A stretch of DNA of 64,000 bases, from positions 10,799 to 74,798 of the forward strand of contig JBALWN010000010.1 in assembly GCA_036960845.1 (NCBI GenBank). Direction: 5' to 3'. Within the stretch, counting starts at the first letter, position 1, and every line of letters begins with the position of its first letter. This DNA comes from Halopseudomonas aestusnigri. GTDB taxonomy: Bacteria; Pseudomonadota; Alphaproteobacteria; Kiloniellales; Kiloniellaceae. This document shows, piece by piece, positions 35,997 through 45,947 of the stretch. The notes beneath the pieces were generated by a model. That model did not search any database. It saw nothing but the letters and a program-made list of their open reading frames with translations, and was not told the origin of the DNA. The translations under genes and the position numbers were made by a program.

Positions 35997-37105
35997 TAGG
36001 GAGCCACTCTCAAAATGTCGGCGGGAATTTCTTCGTGTTGTATCTCTCGCCACCGTATAGCAAGGCTTTGTTTATCAACCTTTTCAGCACGAACGGTGAT
36101 CAGGGCGGGGGTCGGCTCTCCGATCTTTGACAAGACCCCAAGACGTACCAGCGAAAGACCAATATCAAAGGGGTGGTCTACAACAAACCCTCCGACATTG
36201 CCTCCGTTCATCATGTCTCTTGATAAGTCCTTGTCAAAATCAACCGTAAAGAGTTTTACGGTTTTGTTATTCATCTTTCTCAACCCGGCTAGGCTCCCCT
36301 TAGCAAGGGATGCCCACGGCGCATAGATTACATCGATTTCAGGGTGATTTCTCAAAATTTCAAGCGTTTTTGCTTCCGCTTCTTCTTTTGAATTAACGCC
36401 CTCTCGTGCAACAATATTGATGTTTGGATAACGATGTTTTAAAACTGTCTCAAGCGCTTGATCACGTTGGTTGGTCACATAATAAGGGGTGTTGTGATAA
36501 AGAATTGCGACTTCTCCGCTCCCCCCCATACTGTTTGCAACCATCTCTGCTGAATACCGTCCCATCTGAAACAGATCATCTGTCACCACCCCTGCATAAT
36601 CTTTGGGATGTTCCAATCCCTCAGGCAAGTTACTAAGAATTGCCACTGCCGTATCACGCTCATTTGCAAGCTTAAGATAATAGGTCAGATCATCAGGATT
36701 TAGGGGTAAAATAATTAGTAGATCTGGAGATTTTAACAATGCAGAAATCAATTGCAGACGTTCGATGTAAGGATCATATCCTGCATCTGACAGATAAATC
36801 AGATCTATATCCAAATTGGCCATTTCCTGCTTAAGGCCTCGTATCAGAACCCGGCTGAAATCAGACTTTGTATCATGAAGCACAACCGCTGCCTTCAAAC
36901 CCATTTTTTGAACTGATTTAATTTGGCTATCAAGAAGATAAAGAACATCTGAATTTACAGGCGCTTCACCGCGGGGCCCGACCGTGGAAAGTTGGATAAG
37001 TTCAGAAACAGGCCTAGGACCTTCACGTAACAAAAAGAAACCAAGGCCCATCAGACCTATTATGGCGAATAGGCCAACCGCAAGAAGAGGTGCCCACTTA
37101 TTCAT
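35996..37105 (-). CDS. periplasmic sugar-binding-protein-like (type I PBP fold) protein
   Basis: N-terminal signal anchor (MNKWAPLLAVGLFAIIGLMGLGFF). Alternating beta-alpha pattern AAVVLHDTKSDF...DLLIILPLNPDD...AVAILSNLPEG...EVAILYHN is typical of RbsB/LacI-type binding proteins. Confidence 0.65.
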   Translation of the reverse strand: MNKWAPLLAVGLFAIIGLMGLGFFLLREGPRPVSELIQLSTVGPRGEAPVNSDVLYLLDSQIKSVQKMGLKAAVVLHDTKSDFSRVLIRGLKQEMANLDIDLIYLSDAGYDPYIERLQLISALLKSPDLLIILPLNPDDLTYYLKLANERDTAVAILSNLPEGLEHPKDYAGVVTDDLFQMGRYSAEMVANSMGGSGEVAILYHNTPYYVTNQRDQALETVLKHRYPNINIVAREGVNSKEEAEAKTLEILRNHPEIDVIYAPWASLAKGSLAGLRKMNNKTVKLFTVDFDKDLSRDMMNGGNVGGFVVDHPFDIGLSLVRLGVLSKIGEPTPALITVRAEKVDKQSLAIRWREIQHEEIPADILRVAP

Positions 37106-37405
37106 TACCAGTACCTGTTTCGTTAAATGTACACAGTATAGATTAAGCCCCAAAAGTTAATGTCATACTACCATAATTAACCACATCATTCTAGGGTCAG
37201 GATCGAGCATACCCAGAAGGGAAATCATTAGATAATTTTCATCGATAATGATTTAGCTAAAAACGATTTTGAACGACGTCTCAAAACCATCTAATCCACT
37301 ATTTCAGCCATATTTTTCTTAATCTTCAATACTCTCGGTTCTCAATAACGAATATTCTCGATAACAATTGTTTTTGAAATCAGAAATTATCACCAATTTT
37401 TTATC

Positions 37406-38281
37406 GTGATTTACACATTAGAAACTTCCATGAGACAAACTGATAAAAACACAAACAATGTTTACGAGCATAAAACTCTAACCACTTATAAGTGGAGCTA
37501 TTGCTTGATAAAGCTTACAGCTATCTGGATATCTCTGGCCATCAGCCTATTCACTTCAGCATCTTCTCGGGCGGGAGAGCTACCATCCGTCGCCTTATTT
37601 GAGTCGTTCCCCGAAGCTTTCCGTGTCAACGATGGCCCCTATCAAGGTACCTTGATAGATACATTTGAAGCTCTGGAAGACGGAATGGGTATCGAGTTGG
37701 AAAGGAAAATCACTTCTTGGCCGCGAATTATGGAATACCTGGGTACGGATCGGTATGACTTTACCTTTATTTTTAAGGTTCCAGCTTTTGAAAGCAAAGT
37801 ACATTACCTCGGAAAATTGGGTTGTTTAGCTGATATTATTGTTCCTCATCAAGGTGTTGAGATAAATTCTGTTGAAGACATCACCGGTAAAAATGTGGCT
37901 TTCATCAAAAATGGCGGCTTTGCCAAAGCGAATGAAAATAATTCGACTTTTATTAAAAGCCCAACACCGGATTCACCCACAATGATGCGTTTACTCGCCA
38001 ATGATCGTGTGGATGCCATTGTCATTCATTCTGGACATTATAACCGCCTTTTAAACTCACATGAGCCCCGCCCTGGTATGCCAGAGAACTGGCGAACAAA
38101 GTTCGGTTTTCCAGTCGTTTTTCAAATTTACGAAGTACACCTTACCTTATCAAAAAATTCTCCACATCAAGACCTTATTCCAAAGGCAAAAGAGGCCGTA
38201 AAAAAGCAAGTTGAAAGTAAAGCATGGTCAAAGGCTTTGGAAAATTACGGCATGTCCTTTTGGCCCTGTCCTGAGGAATAA
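37406..38281 (+). CDS. family-3 solute-binding-protein-like periplasmic protein
   Basis: Signal peptide ending SASSRAGE. YQGTLIDTFEAL...TSWPRIMEYL...DFTF resembles SBP_bac_3. The start is uncertain (GTG 37406 or ATG 37430). Confidence 0.55.
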   Translation: MIYTLETSMRQTDKNTNNVYEHKTLTTYKWSYCLIKLTAIWISLAISLFTSASSRAGELPSVALFESFPEAFRVNDGPYQGTLIDTFEALEDGMGIELERKITSWPRIMEYLGTDRYDFTFIFKVPAFESKVHYLGKLGCLADIIVPHQGVEINSVEDITGKNVAFIKNGGFAKANENNSTFIKSPTPDSPTMMRLLANDRVDAIVIHSGHYNRLLNSHEPRPGMPENWRTKFGFPVVFQIYEVHLTLSKNSPHQDLIPKAKEAVKKQVESKAWSKALENYGMSFWPCPEE

Positions 38282-38380
38282 CCTCATTTAAAACCTGCAT
38301 TTCGATGTCAAAATCAGGATCTTTAAAAATAAATTTCTAGAGGGACTTATCCTCTGGCTGTCTTTACGCTAAAAGATACC

Positions 38381-38429
38381 CAGAGCAAGTACCAGAGTAA
38401 TGTGCCAGAGTAAGTACCAAAGTAAGTAC
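38381..38429. repeat. four tandem ~12-nt direct repeats (CAGAGTAAGTAC-like) upstream of the topoisomerase gene
   Basis: The units are cagagcaagtac, cagagtaatgtgc, cagagtaagtac and caaagtaagtac. The array ends 18 nt before the TTG start at 38447. Confidence 0.7.
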
Positions 38430-38446
38430 GGGTAAAGGGTTTCAGT

Positions 38447-41400
38447 TTGTCGACGATTATCATTACGGAAAAAACATCTCAAAAACGAGATGTTCAAGCT
38501 GCTGTCGGCAGTAATTTTGGGCGCATTTATCCAGCAGAGGGACACCTGCTTAGCCTTGAAGAACCTCAAAAAGTTCAAAGCAGTTGGGGCCGATGGTCTT
38601 TTGATTTGCTAAAGCCTGACGATTTTTACCCCACCTGCCCCTCTCCAGATGCATCACCGTCTTCCAAAGGCAAACTCCAGGCCATCGCAGAAGCTCTCAA
38701 AACTGCAACGCGTGTTATTCTCGCAACCGATTGTGATCGCGAAGGACAGTTAATTGGCGAAGAAATCCTCCGTCATTATAAGTTCAAAGGTGTCGTAGAG
38801 CGTGCCATGTTTACTGCGCAGGATGAAAAAACCCTAAGGCATGCTTTTTCAAACCTGGAGCCAAACGAAAAGTATTTCAATCTCGGTCAGGCCGCGGTTG
38901 TTCGTCAACAGTCAGATCAAGTCTATAATCTATCGCTGACCCGTGCAGCAACGGTAGCTTTAAAACAACCAGGACAGTACGGCGCTATTGGCATTGGCCG
39001 GGTCAAAACCCCAACCATGGCAATCGTCTGCATGCGCGAATTGGAGATCCTTGATTTTACGCCACAGGATTACTATCACCTTGTCGCCACAGCCACGGTT
39101 GATGGTTCACAAAGTCAAAACGAAGTCTTAAATAACGATCAAAAGCTTCAATTGGATTTACGCCACGCACCAAAAGACAAGATCCTCAACGTGGAGAAGG
39201 TTGAGGAAATTCGAGCTGCAGTCGAAGGCTTTAAAGGTCCGTTAAAAGCCGAGAAGAAGATCAAACGCACAAAGCCCCCGCGCTTACTTGATCTCCCCGA
39301 GTTACAAAAAATATGTGCCCGACGATGGGGCTGGAGCGCGGATAAAACGCTCAACATTGCTCAAGAATTATATGACGGTGAAGGTAAAAAGATTCAAACG
39401 TACCCGCGTGCTGAATCTCGTTATCTTGCAGAAAATCAGATTGAAGATATCGGAGAGATTATTCAAGGCTTGAGTAAGCTTCCCCATTACCAGTCCCCAG
39501 AATTAGCACGGGACCTCTCAAAACCAGAAGTCCGAAAGGGCAAGTCAGGTCACTTCTCTGATGCTGGGCTAAAAGGGGTTTCCCACCATGCGATCGTGCC
39601 TAATAAAAATACCATGGATAAGATCGAGGTAATCTACCCCCGGCTGACCCCAGATGAACAGCGCATGTTTGATCTCGTCGCTAGTTCCTATCTTGCTATT
39701 CTCATGCCCGATTACGTCTATGAATCCACTAATATTTCCATGGCCGTGCCGATTACTTTGCCTGAAGAAAAGCAAAAAATTCTCGACTTCAAGGTTACGG
39801 GTAACATCCCAAAAGAGCAGGGCTGGAAAGCGGTTTATACCGATGAAATGGAAAAAAAGGAAGATCACGCCGGGGAACTTCCGCCCGTACATGATGGTGA
39901 TATCGCTACCCTATTACCAGTTATAACTGATGCAAAAAAAACGAAGGCTCCGCCCCGTTATAACGAAGGTACGCTCATTGATGCCATGCAAAACTCGTGG
40001 CGGTTTGTTGATGATAAGGAACAGAAAGAGCGCTTAAAAGAAGCCAAAGGCATTGGAACGCCTGCAACGCGTGCCGCAGTGATCACAGGCTTGAAACTGC
40101 AAAATTTCCTCGCCCAGAGCGGTAAACATATTGTACCGACGGATGCCGGGCTTACACTTTACAAAACCTTAAAATCTGCAGCGCCAGAACTTGTAGATCC
40201 AGGCGTGACAGCCATGTGGGAAATGAACCTCGACGACGTACTGGAAGGAAAACAGAGCGCCCGGCAAGTTTGGGATAATATCGGTGACGATACTGCCCGT
40301 CTTATTGGTATTTTAAAGACCAATGGATCTACAGCCCCCAAGATCAATACTGGTGTAGCAATGCCAAAAGGCGCTGGTCGAGGAAAACCCACAGATAAAA
40401 TGAAAGACACGGCGAAATCCATTGCCGCCAACAAGGGTCTTAAACTACCCAAGGGATACACCTCCGACTTTAATATTTGCCGCGAATTCCTTGATGAACA
40501 CTTAGGCGGTAAAGGTCCTAGTCCCGAACGCGTTCTTGCGAATTTGGAAACCCAGCTTAGTAGCATGATTAAAGGTTTGGGCGCCAAAGCTGCCAAACAG
40601 CTGGTCGAGGCTTATGGTACTGATACCCTAAAAATAATAGAGCAAAATCCTGAAAAACTAGAGACCCTGGATGGCCTGCCAAAAGGAAAGCTGAAACTTC
40701 TTCAGGAGTGGATAACAGAAGATAAATGCAGTCGAGAAATTCAAGATTTCCTTCACGCTAATGACGTTGATCCTGCACGTGCTTTTCGGTTCTATCAGGC
40801 ATATGGCCAGGATACGCTCACAAAATTAAAAGAAAATCCTTATTGCATAGTACGAGACATCCGTGGCTTGCCTTTTAGTATAGCTGACAATCTTGCCCAC
40901 CGTTTAGACTTTCAAGCTGATAGCTTATCCCGTGCCCGGGCTGCTCTCTTTCATGCAATGACACAAGCAGCGGATTACCGGGAAAAAGATAGTCTCTTAA
41001 ATATGCTCAACAAGCGCCTGGGCCTTTCTCCAGAACTGTTGGCAGAAGCATTAGAAGCTGAATTGGAAGATAAACAACTCCACATAGTGAAGCGCAAAAA
41101 CTCAGAAGGATTAACTGAAGAACAGTTGATTACACGCCCTCTCTGGCAAGCTGAGAGCAAAGCTTTTAAGCGTTTAAAATCCATGCTCGACACCACGCCA
41201 TCATGGGCCAGTATCGAAGCTGACAAAGCCATCACATGGGTCACCAGCCGCGAGGGCATTGCTCTCACACAACAGCACACTCAGACGGTTACAAGACTTT
41301 TCCAAAACCAGTTATCTGTCCTTACAGGTATTGCAAACACTGGTAAAATTCAAACTCTCCACGCCTTTATAAAAATCCTTAGTGCTAAGGGTGTAAAGAT

Positions 41401-42457
41401 ATCGCTAACCACGCCCTCTTCCAGTGGTGCAAAAGAACTCTCTAAAGCAACAGAACTAGAAGCAACATCCCTCACTAAATTGTTGGAATACAATAGTAAG
41501 AATAGCAGTTACAAACGAACGTCTCGCAAACCACTTGATTGCCAACTTCTAATCATTACCCAAGCTCAACTTGTTGACCGTCCCCTACTGCTCGCAGCCA
41601 TTGAAGCATTACCAGAAGATGCTGGATTAATTCTATTGGATGATTTCAAGCGCAGCCCAATGCCAGGAACAGGGCGGGTACTTAAAGACATCATCAAGGC
41701 ACTTGATATTGCCCCTCTTAACCTGACAGAACTATCCCAGGAAACAGCTGACAATAAACTCCACAAAAATTGCCAACTCCTTGCCAAAAAACAAGATCTC
41801 GATTATTCAGCCGATACAGAAGGCAAAGCTTCAGGGGGGAAAGGCAGCTTTTATTTTGTCGAGGCCAATGACACCCCTGATCTCCAGCGTAAGCTCGCCG
41901 AAATTGCCAAGAACAGAATTCCCAAAACGTTTAAACTTGATGCTATAGGTGATATTCAAGTCATCAGCCTGGCAAATGGCAACCTCAACCCAAGAGCCTT
42001 AATCCCGAACCTCCAACAACTCTTGAATACATCACAAGACGGTCTTTATGCCCAGCGTTTTGATTGTTGTTACCGAACGGGGGACAAAGTAATCCTCGGT
42101 GAAAACGACCCTGAACGCGATATACTCACAGGTGAAATTGGGATTATCAAAGACATTTCTCGAGGCGCTCTATTACCGGGAGATCAAAACGCCCGTAAAA
42201 TAGATACAGGCCAAATAACCATTGATTTTTCTGGTAAAAACCATGAGTTCCATTTTGATGAGTTAGATCGTTTGTCCCTCGCCTATGCCCTGCCAGCAAC
42301 ACGATGTATGGCACAACAATGTAAAGCTGTGATTGTCGTTCTGCCCTTCGAACCAATAAAACCATCAAGCCACCAAGATTTCTATGATGCGTTATCTTCA
42401 TCACAACAGCTGGCCATTATAATCGGCCCCAAATCATCTCTGGAATTAATGACTTAA
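38447..42457 (+). CDS. DNA topoisomerase III (type IA) fused to a C-terminal RecD2-like SF1 helicase-fold domain with degenerate ATPase motifs
   Basis: Toprim (IIITEKTSQ; ATDCDREGQ), active-site IQTYPRAES (Tyr codon 39401-39403) and GIGTPATRA. From about aa 700 come HhH-like repeats, then LTGIANTGKIQT, LLIITQAQLVD, an SH3-like GDKVILGEND...GEIGII, and AYALPATRCMAQQCKAVIVV. Confidence 0.85.
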   Translation: MSTIIITEKTSQKRDVQAAVGSNFGRIYPAEGHLLSLEEPQKVQSSWGRWSFDLLKPDDFYPTCPSPDASPSSKGKLQAIAEALKTATRVILATDCDREGQLIGEEILRHYKFKGVVERAMFTAQDEKTLRHAFSNLEPNEKYFNLGQAAVVRQQSDQVYNLSLTRAATVALKQPGQYGAIGIGRVKTPTMAIVCMRELEILDFTPQDYYHLVATATVDGSQSQNEVLNNDQKLQLDLRHAPKDKILNVEKVEEIRAAVEGFKGPLKAEKKIKRTKPPRLLDLPELQKICARRWGWSADKTLNIAQELYDGEGKKIQTYPRAESRYLAENQIEDIGEIIQGLSKLPHYQSPELARDLSKPEVRKGKSGHFSDAGLKGVSHHAIVPNKNTMDKIEVIYPRLTPDEQRMFDLVASSYLAILMPDYVYESTNISMAVPITLPEEKQKILDFKVTGNIPKEQGWKAVYTDEMEKKEDHAGELPPVHDGDIATLLPVITDAKKTKAPPRYNEGTLIDAMQNSWRFVDDKEQKERLKEAKGIGTPATRAAVITGLKLQNFLAQSGKHIVPTDAGLTLYKTLKSAAPELVDPGVTAMWEMNLDDVLEGKQSARQVWDNIGDDTARLIGILKTNGSTAPKINTGVAMPKGAGRGKPTDKMKDTAKSIAANKGLKLPKGYTSDFNICREFLDEHLGGKGPSPERVLANLETQLSSMIKGLGAKAAKQLVEAYGTDTLKIIEQNPEKLETLDGLPKGKLKLLQEWITEDKCSREIQDFLHANDVDPARAFRFYQAYGQDTLTKLKENPYCIVRDIRGLPFSIADNLAHRLDFQADSLSRARAALFHAMTQAADYREKDSLLNMLNKRLGLSPELLAEALEAELEDKQLHIVKRKNSEGLTEEQLITRPLWQAESKAFKRLKSMLDTTPSWASIEADKAITWVTSREGIALTQQHTQTVTRLFQNQLSVLTGIANTGKIQTLHAFIKILSAKGVKISLTTPSSSGAKELSKATELEATSLTKLLEYNSKNSSYKRTSRKPLDCQLLIITQAQLVDRPLLLAAIEALPEDAGLILLDDFKRSPMPGTGRVLKDIIKALDIAPLNLTELSQETADNKLHKNCQLLAKKQDLDYSADTEGKASGGKGSFYFVEANDTPDLQRKLAEIAKNRIPKTFKLDAIGDIQVISLANGNLNPRALIPNLQQLLNTSQDGLYAQRFDCCYRTGDKVILGENDPERDILTGEIGIIKDISRGALLPGDQNARKIDTGQITIDFSGKNHEFHFDELDRLSLAYALPATRCMAQQCKAVIVVLPFEPIKPSSHQDFYDALSSSQQLAIIIGPKSSLELMT

Positions 42458-42645
42458 AAAGCACGCCTATGTAAGATTATTAGGTGCAGGGATAGAAGTT
42501 CGAAGGTCCTGTGGTATTTGGGTTCGAGATGAAACAAACTGTTTTATTCTTGCGGATTACTAAGATCTTGGAGCCTGATTTGAAGTTTGGGAATTCAAAC
42601 CGGGTGAATTGCCAACCGACCAAGAGAAAGAAGGGACATTGTTCC

Positions 42646-44562
42646 TTAGTTAGTTAAAACTGGTGACAAGATACGTTCTATAGGAAATACCAGAGTTACG
42701 CGCGTCCCTAGTTTTGGTTGGCTTTCAATTGTAATGGTTCCATCATGTATTTCCATCATTCGCTTGGCTAAAGGAAGACCGAGGCCCGTGCCTTTCGTAT
42801 TGTCATCATAAACATTCTTAACCATGCCAAAAGGCGTAAGGGCAACAACCACTCCAGCCTCATCCATCCCAATACCAGTATCCGTAACGGCGAGGCAAAA
42901 CCGTCCTTTGTGATCAAAACGTTTTGAAATACGAATGATGCCATTTTCTGGGGTGAACTTAACTGCGTTGCTCAAGAGATTAACAACAACTTGCTTCACC
43001 AGACGATCATCCGCAAATAATCTCGGGCCATCATCGCCAACATTATTTTCAATAACGACAACAGACTCCTTCGCCTGTAAGCGTACCATTTGAATGGATT
43101 CATTCAGCACCTCTGGAAAATCAAATTCCTTTTCATTGATTTGAAGCTGTCCGGCTTCAATAGATGACACATCAAGAATGTCATTGATAATTTCAAGTAA
43201 GTGCTGACCTGATTGTGTAATATCACTACAATATTCCTGATACTTATCATTACCAAGTGGCCCAAATGTTTGCAGTTTCATTATTTGCGAAAACCCAATG
43301 ATCGCGTTCAAAGGAGTTCGTAATTCGTGGCTCATAGATGCTAAAAAATTACTCTTGGCTTCATTGGAAGATTCAGCCTGTTGTCTTAAATCAGAGAGAG
43401 TATCAACTTGACTTGAAACAGCTTTAAAAATAAACCAAATCAAGATCAAAAAAATCATGACACCGAAGACACTGATCAAAGAAACAGTAATCCAGGTTGC
43501 AGATAAATTTTCAGCTGCTTTTAATCTGATTTCTTTTTGCCGAGCTTGTTCCATTATTACAAACTCGGTCCAGTCCTGATCTATTTTGATCATTGCCCTC
43601 TGGAGGTCATCTCGTAGTTGCCCGTTAAGCTGTTGTATTTCAATATGATCTCTGATCAGTGTATACAACCCACCCGGCTGAACATGTATCGTTTGGTGTT
43701 GTTCATCAATAATATACCCCTCACCAAACAAGTATTTATTTAACGTTTTGATCTCAGTTAGGAAGACTTTTTTTACTGAAACAGACCCCGTCTTTAGAGT
43801 TGCCATTCCGCGTTCAAGACGGTCTAAACTTGGCTTGAGCTTGTTGTCTTTTATATCAGATAAGTGGTCATAATTAGGGTCACCAGAAAGGACTTCGACT
43901 AACCGCTGAATATCTGCAAGTTCAGTTAATAGAGTTCCTACATTTTCCCTCAACAGCTCTTTGTGTTGCTCTATTATTCTTTTTGAAAGATCAACCCGAT
44001 CATTCCCCTTCGCTCGTTGATACCTCTTGATATCCAAGGTCATCTGCAAACGATTTTGACCCACAATCCCATTGATAAGCGTGTGAATTATAGTCAACTG
44101 ACGACGGACTTTATTGAGAGTAATGTCCTTACCTAAATTGTCTTCAATTCTATCATTTCTCCCTCGCCAATTTTCAGACTTAACCAGAAGGCTTAATAGT
44201 TGATCCGCTTCAACAATGAGAGAATTTAGTAGAGGTTTAGTATCTTCTTGGGTGTTTTTTTTCAATATCCCTAATGATAGCTGTAGATTTTGGAGAGCTC
44301 TGACCCCTTTAATAGGATTGTTTTTCTCACCCCTATCGAGTATGAGCCTGATCTCAGTCGTTCCGATACGGATCAAAAGATTTAACTTAGCGACTTGTTC
44401 TGCAAATATTTTTTCGTCGACAGCTAAACGGGCAGATTGATCTCGTTGATTTATCCCGCCCCACCCCAACGAGAGGTTAACCACCAGAGACGTCAAAAGG
44501 CTGAGACCGATCAAAGCCCACAACATTCTTCTAATACGCCTGACCTCCTGGTGAGCTTCCAT
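42646..44562 (-). CDS. sensor histidine kinase (two TM, large extracytoplasmic region, HisKA + HATPase_c)
   Basis: H-box FLASMSHELRTPLNAIIGFSQIM; N/G boxes NLLSNAVKFTPENG, DTGIGMDE, GTGLGLPLAKRMMEIHDG. Confidence 0.85.
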   Translation of the reverse strand: MEAHQEVRRIRRMLWALIGLSLLTSLVVNLSLGWGGINQRDQSARLAVDEKIFAEQVAKLNLLIRIGTTEIRLILDRGEKNNPIKGVRALQNLQLSLGILKKNTQEDTKPLLNSLIVEADQLLSLLVKSENWRGRNDRIEDNLGKDITLNKVRRQLTIIHTLINGIVGQNRLQMTLDIKRYQRAKGNDRVDLSKRIIEQHKELLRENVGTLLTELADIQRLVEVLSGDPNYDHLSDIKDNKLKPSLDRLERGMATLKTGSVSVKKVFLTEIKTLNKYLFGEGYIIDEQHQTIHVQPGGLYTLIRDHIEIQQLNGQLRDDLQRAMIKIDQDWTEFVIMEQARQKEIRLKAAENLSATWITVSLISVFGVMIFLILIWFIFKAVSSQVDTLSDLRQQAESSNEAKSNFLASMSHELRTPLNAIIGFSQIMKLQTFGPLGNDKYQEYCSDITQSGQHLLEIINDILDVSSIEAGQLQINEKEFDFPEVLNESIQMVRLQAKESVVVIENNVGDDGPRLFADDRLVKQVVVNLLSNAVKFTPENGIIRISKRFDHKGRFCLAVTDTGIGMDEAGVVVALTPFGMVKNVYDDNTKGTGLGLPLAKRMMEIHDGTITIESQPKLGTRVTLVFPIERILSPVLTN

Positions 44563-45786
44563 CTATTCCCCTATTTGCCTCAACAAAGATGAGATATCGG
44601 CCCAATGAAAGGGAACGAATTTCCCATTACGTAATACGGTTGACCAAACTCGATGGCTGGCTTGATGATTATCTTCATCAAAGCGAAGTTGATGGCCTGA
44701 ACCTATGGAAAATTCTTTCAAACCTTCCAACGCATCAATAATATTTTCTCTGCTAGGGGCGCCTTCTATACGATATAATGCCTTTATAAGAATCTCTGCA
44801 GCAATATATCCCTCAAGGCTGCCAAAAGAAGATCTCCTTCCTTTACCATAGGATAAGATATCTTTTTGATAACGATCCACAATGGGTAAAGAATTATCTT
44901 CGGGGTAGGGAACAACTTGGGTCACAATGACCCCATCATACTTATCGCCGAGCTCCCGGGCGAGTGGCTCTGCCCCAACAAAAGAAACATTTACGAACAA
45001 AGCTTCAAGACCGGCATCCCGGGCCAACTTTATAAACCGTGCAGAAGGCGCATATGCCCCAACCATGATTACGGCACGAGGCGTAGGATCTGCCAGCAAT
45101 ATATCTGCTAAGGCATTTTCCACAACCAAGGTATTGCGTTCATAACGTGTATGGGTAATTAAAGATTCAGATTCTAGACCAAATTTCTTTAAGGCGCTAA
45201 TACCACCAATGTAGCCTGCATCTCCATATCCATCTCGTTGAGTAAAAAATGCAATTTCCTCTGGCTTTAATTTTGCGTGGTTGATTAAGGCATCCACCAT
45301 AGCAGAAGTTTCTTCTGCGTAACTCGCCCGATAATTAATAACATAACGATCAGGAGGCGTTTTTCGAAGAACACCTGCGCCTGTGTAGGGAGCGAATAAT
45401 AACGTTTTTTCTTCGTTGGCAATCGGGATCGCCGAAATGGCCGTTGGCGTCCCTACGTTGCCAATTATCGCCAGCACATCTTCCTGTTCGATAAGGTCGC
45501 GCATATTGGGGACTGTTTGCTCTGGTTCATACCCATCATCCCAAGCAAGCAATCGGATAAGGCGTCCTTTTACCCCACCTTTAGCATTTTCTCGTGCTAT
45601 TCTTATACCAACCCCCAACCGCATGTTTTTCCCTAACTCAGCAGCCGGCCCGGTTAAAGCCGTAGACATACCGAGAAGGACCTCATCATCATGCGTATCT
45701 GCACTTATCTCAGACACAGAAAACAATACGGCAAAGATAGAGAATATGGTTGAAAAATAGATATTCGAGTACCGGTTAATCGGCAT
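44563..45786 (-). CDS. periplasmic binding protein, LivK/branched-chain amino-acid-type (PBP type I)
   Basis: Signal peptide, then LLGMSTALTGPAAELGKNMRLGV...GGVKGRLIRLLAWDDGYEP. Its TAG stop directly abuts the ATG of the kinase gene (TAGATG). Confidence 0.8.
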   Translation of the reverse strand: MPINRYSNIYFSTIFSIFAVLFSVSEISADTHDDEVLLGMSTALTGPAAELGKNMRLGVGIRIARENAKGGVKGRLIRLLAWDDGYEPEQTVPNMRDLIEQEDVLAIIGNVGTPTAISAIPIANEEKTLLFAPYTGAGVLRKTPPDRYVINYRASYAEETSAMVDALINHAKLKPEEIAFFTQRDGYGDAGYIGGISALKKFGLESESLITHTRYERNTLVVENALADILLADPTPRAVIMVGAYAPSARFIKLARDAGLEALFVNVSFVGAEPLARELGDKYDGVIVTQVVPYPEDNSLPIVDRYQKDILSYGKGRRSSFGSLEGYIAAEILIKALYRIEGAPSRENIIDALEGLKEFSIGSGHQLRFDEDNHQASHRVWSTVLRNGKFVPFHWADISSLLRQIGE

Positions 45787-45947
45787 ATTTAGTATCCAAT
45801 TTATTATCAGGATTTTGATAATACCTCCCTTTAATAATATTACGGTCACATGCCTTTAAAGGTCGTTAATTCTCGCCAATTTGAAATATTATAGTCTTAA
45901 TGGCTAACATTTTTCCTGGAAAGTTACTCTAACTGACCAACTAGGAA

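Noticed and set aside
38369-38578. 69-aa minus-strand ORF overlapping the topoisomerase gene start and the direct-repeat array.
   Set aside because: It overlaps a strongly supported gene and its translation is repeat-driven (YLLWYLLWH comes from the tandem 12-mers). It is most likely spurious.
42480-42560. T-loop-like strings (AAGTTCGAAGG, GGGTTCGAGAT) downstream of the topoisomerase gene, suggesting a tRNA or tRNA fragment.
   Set aside because: I could not build an acceptor stem, D-arm or anticodon arm around either string on either strand. This is probably chance. A tRNA scan would settle it.
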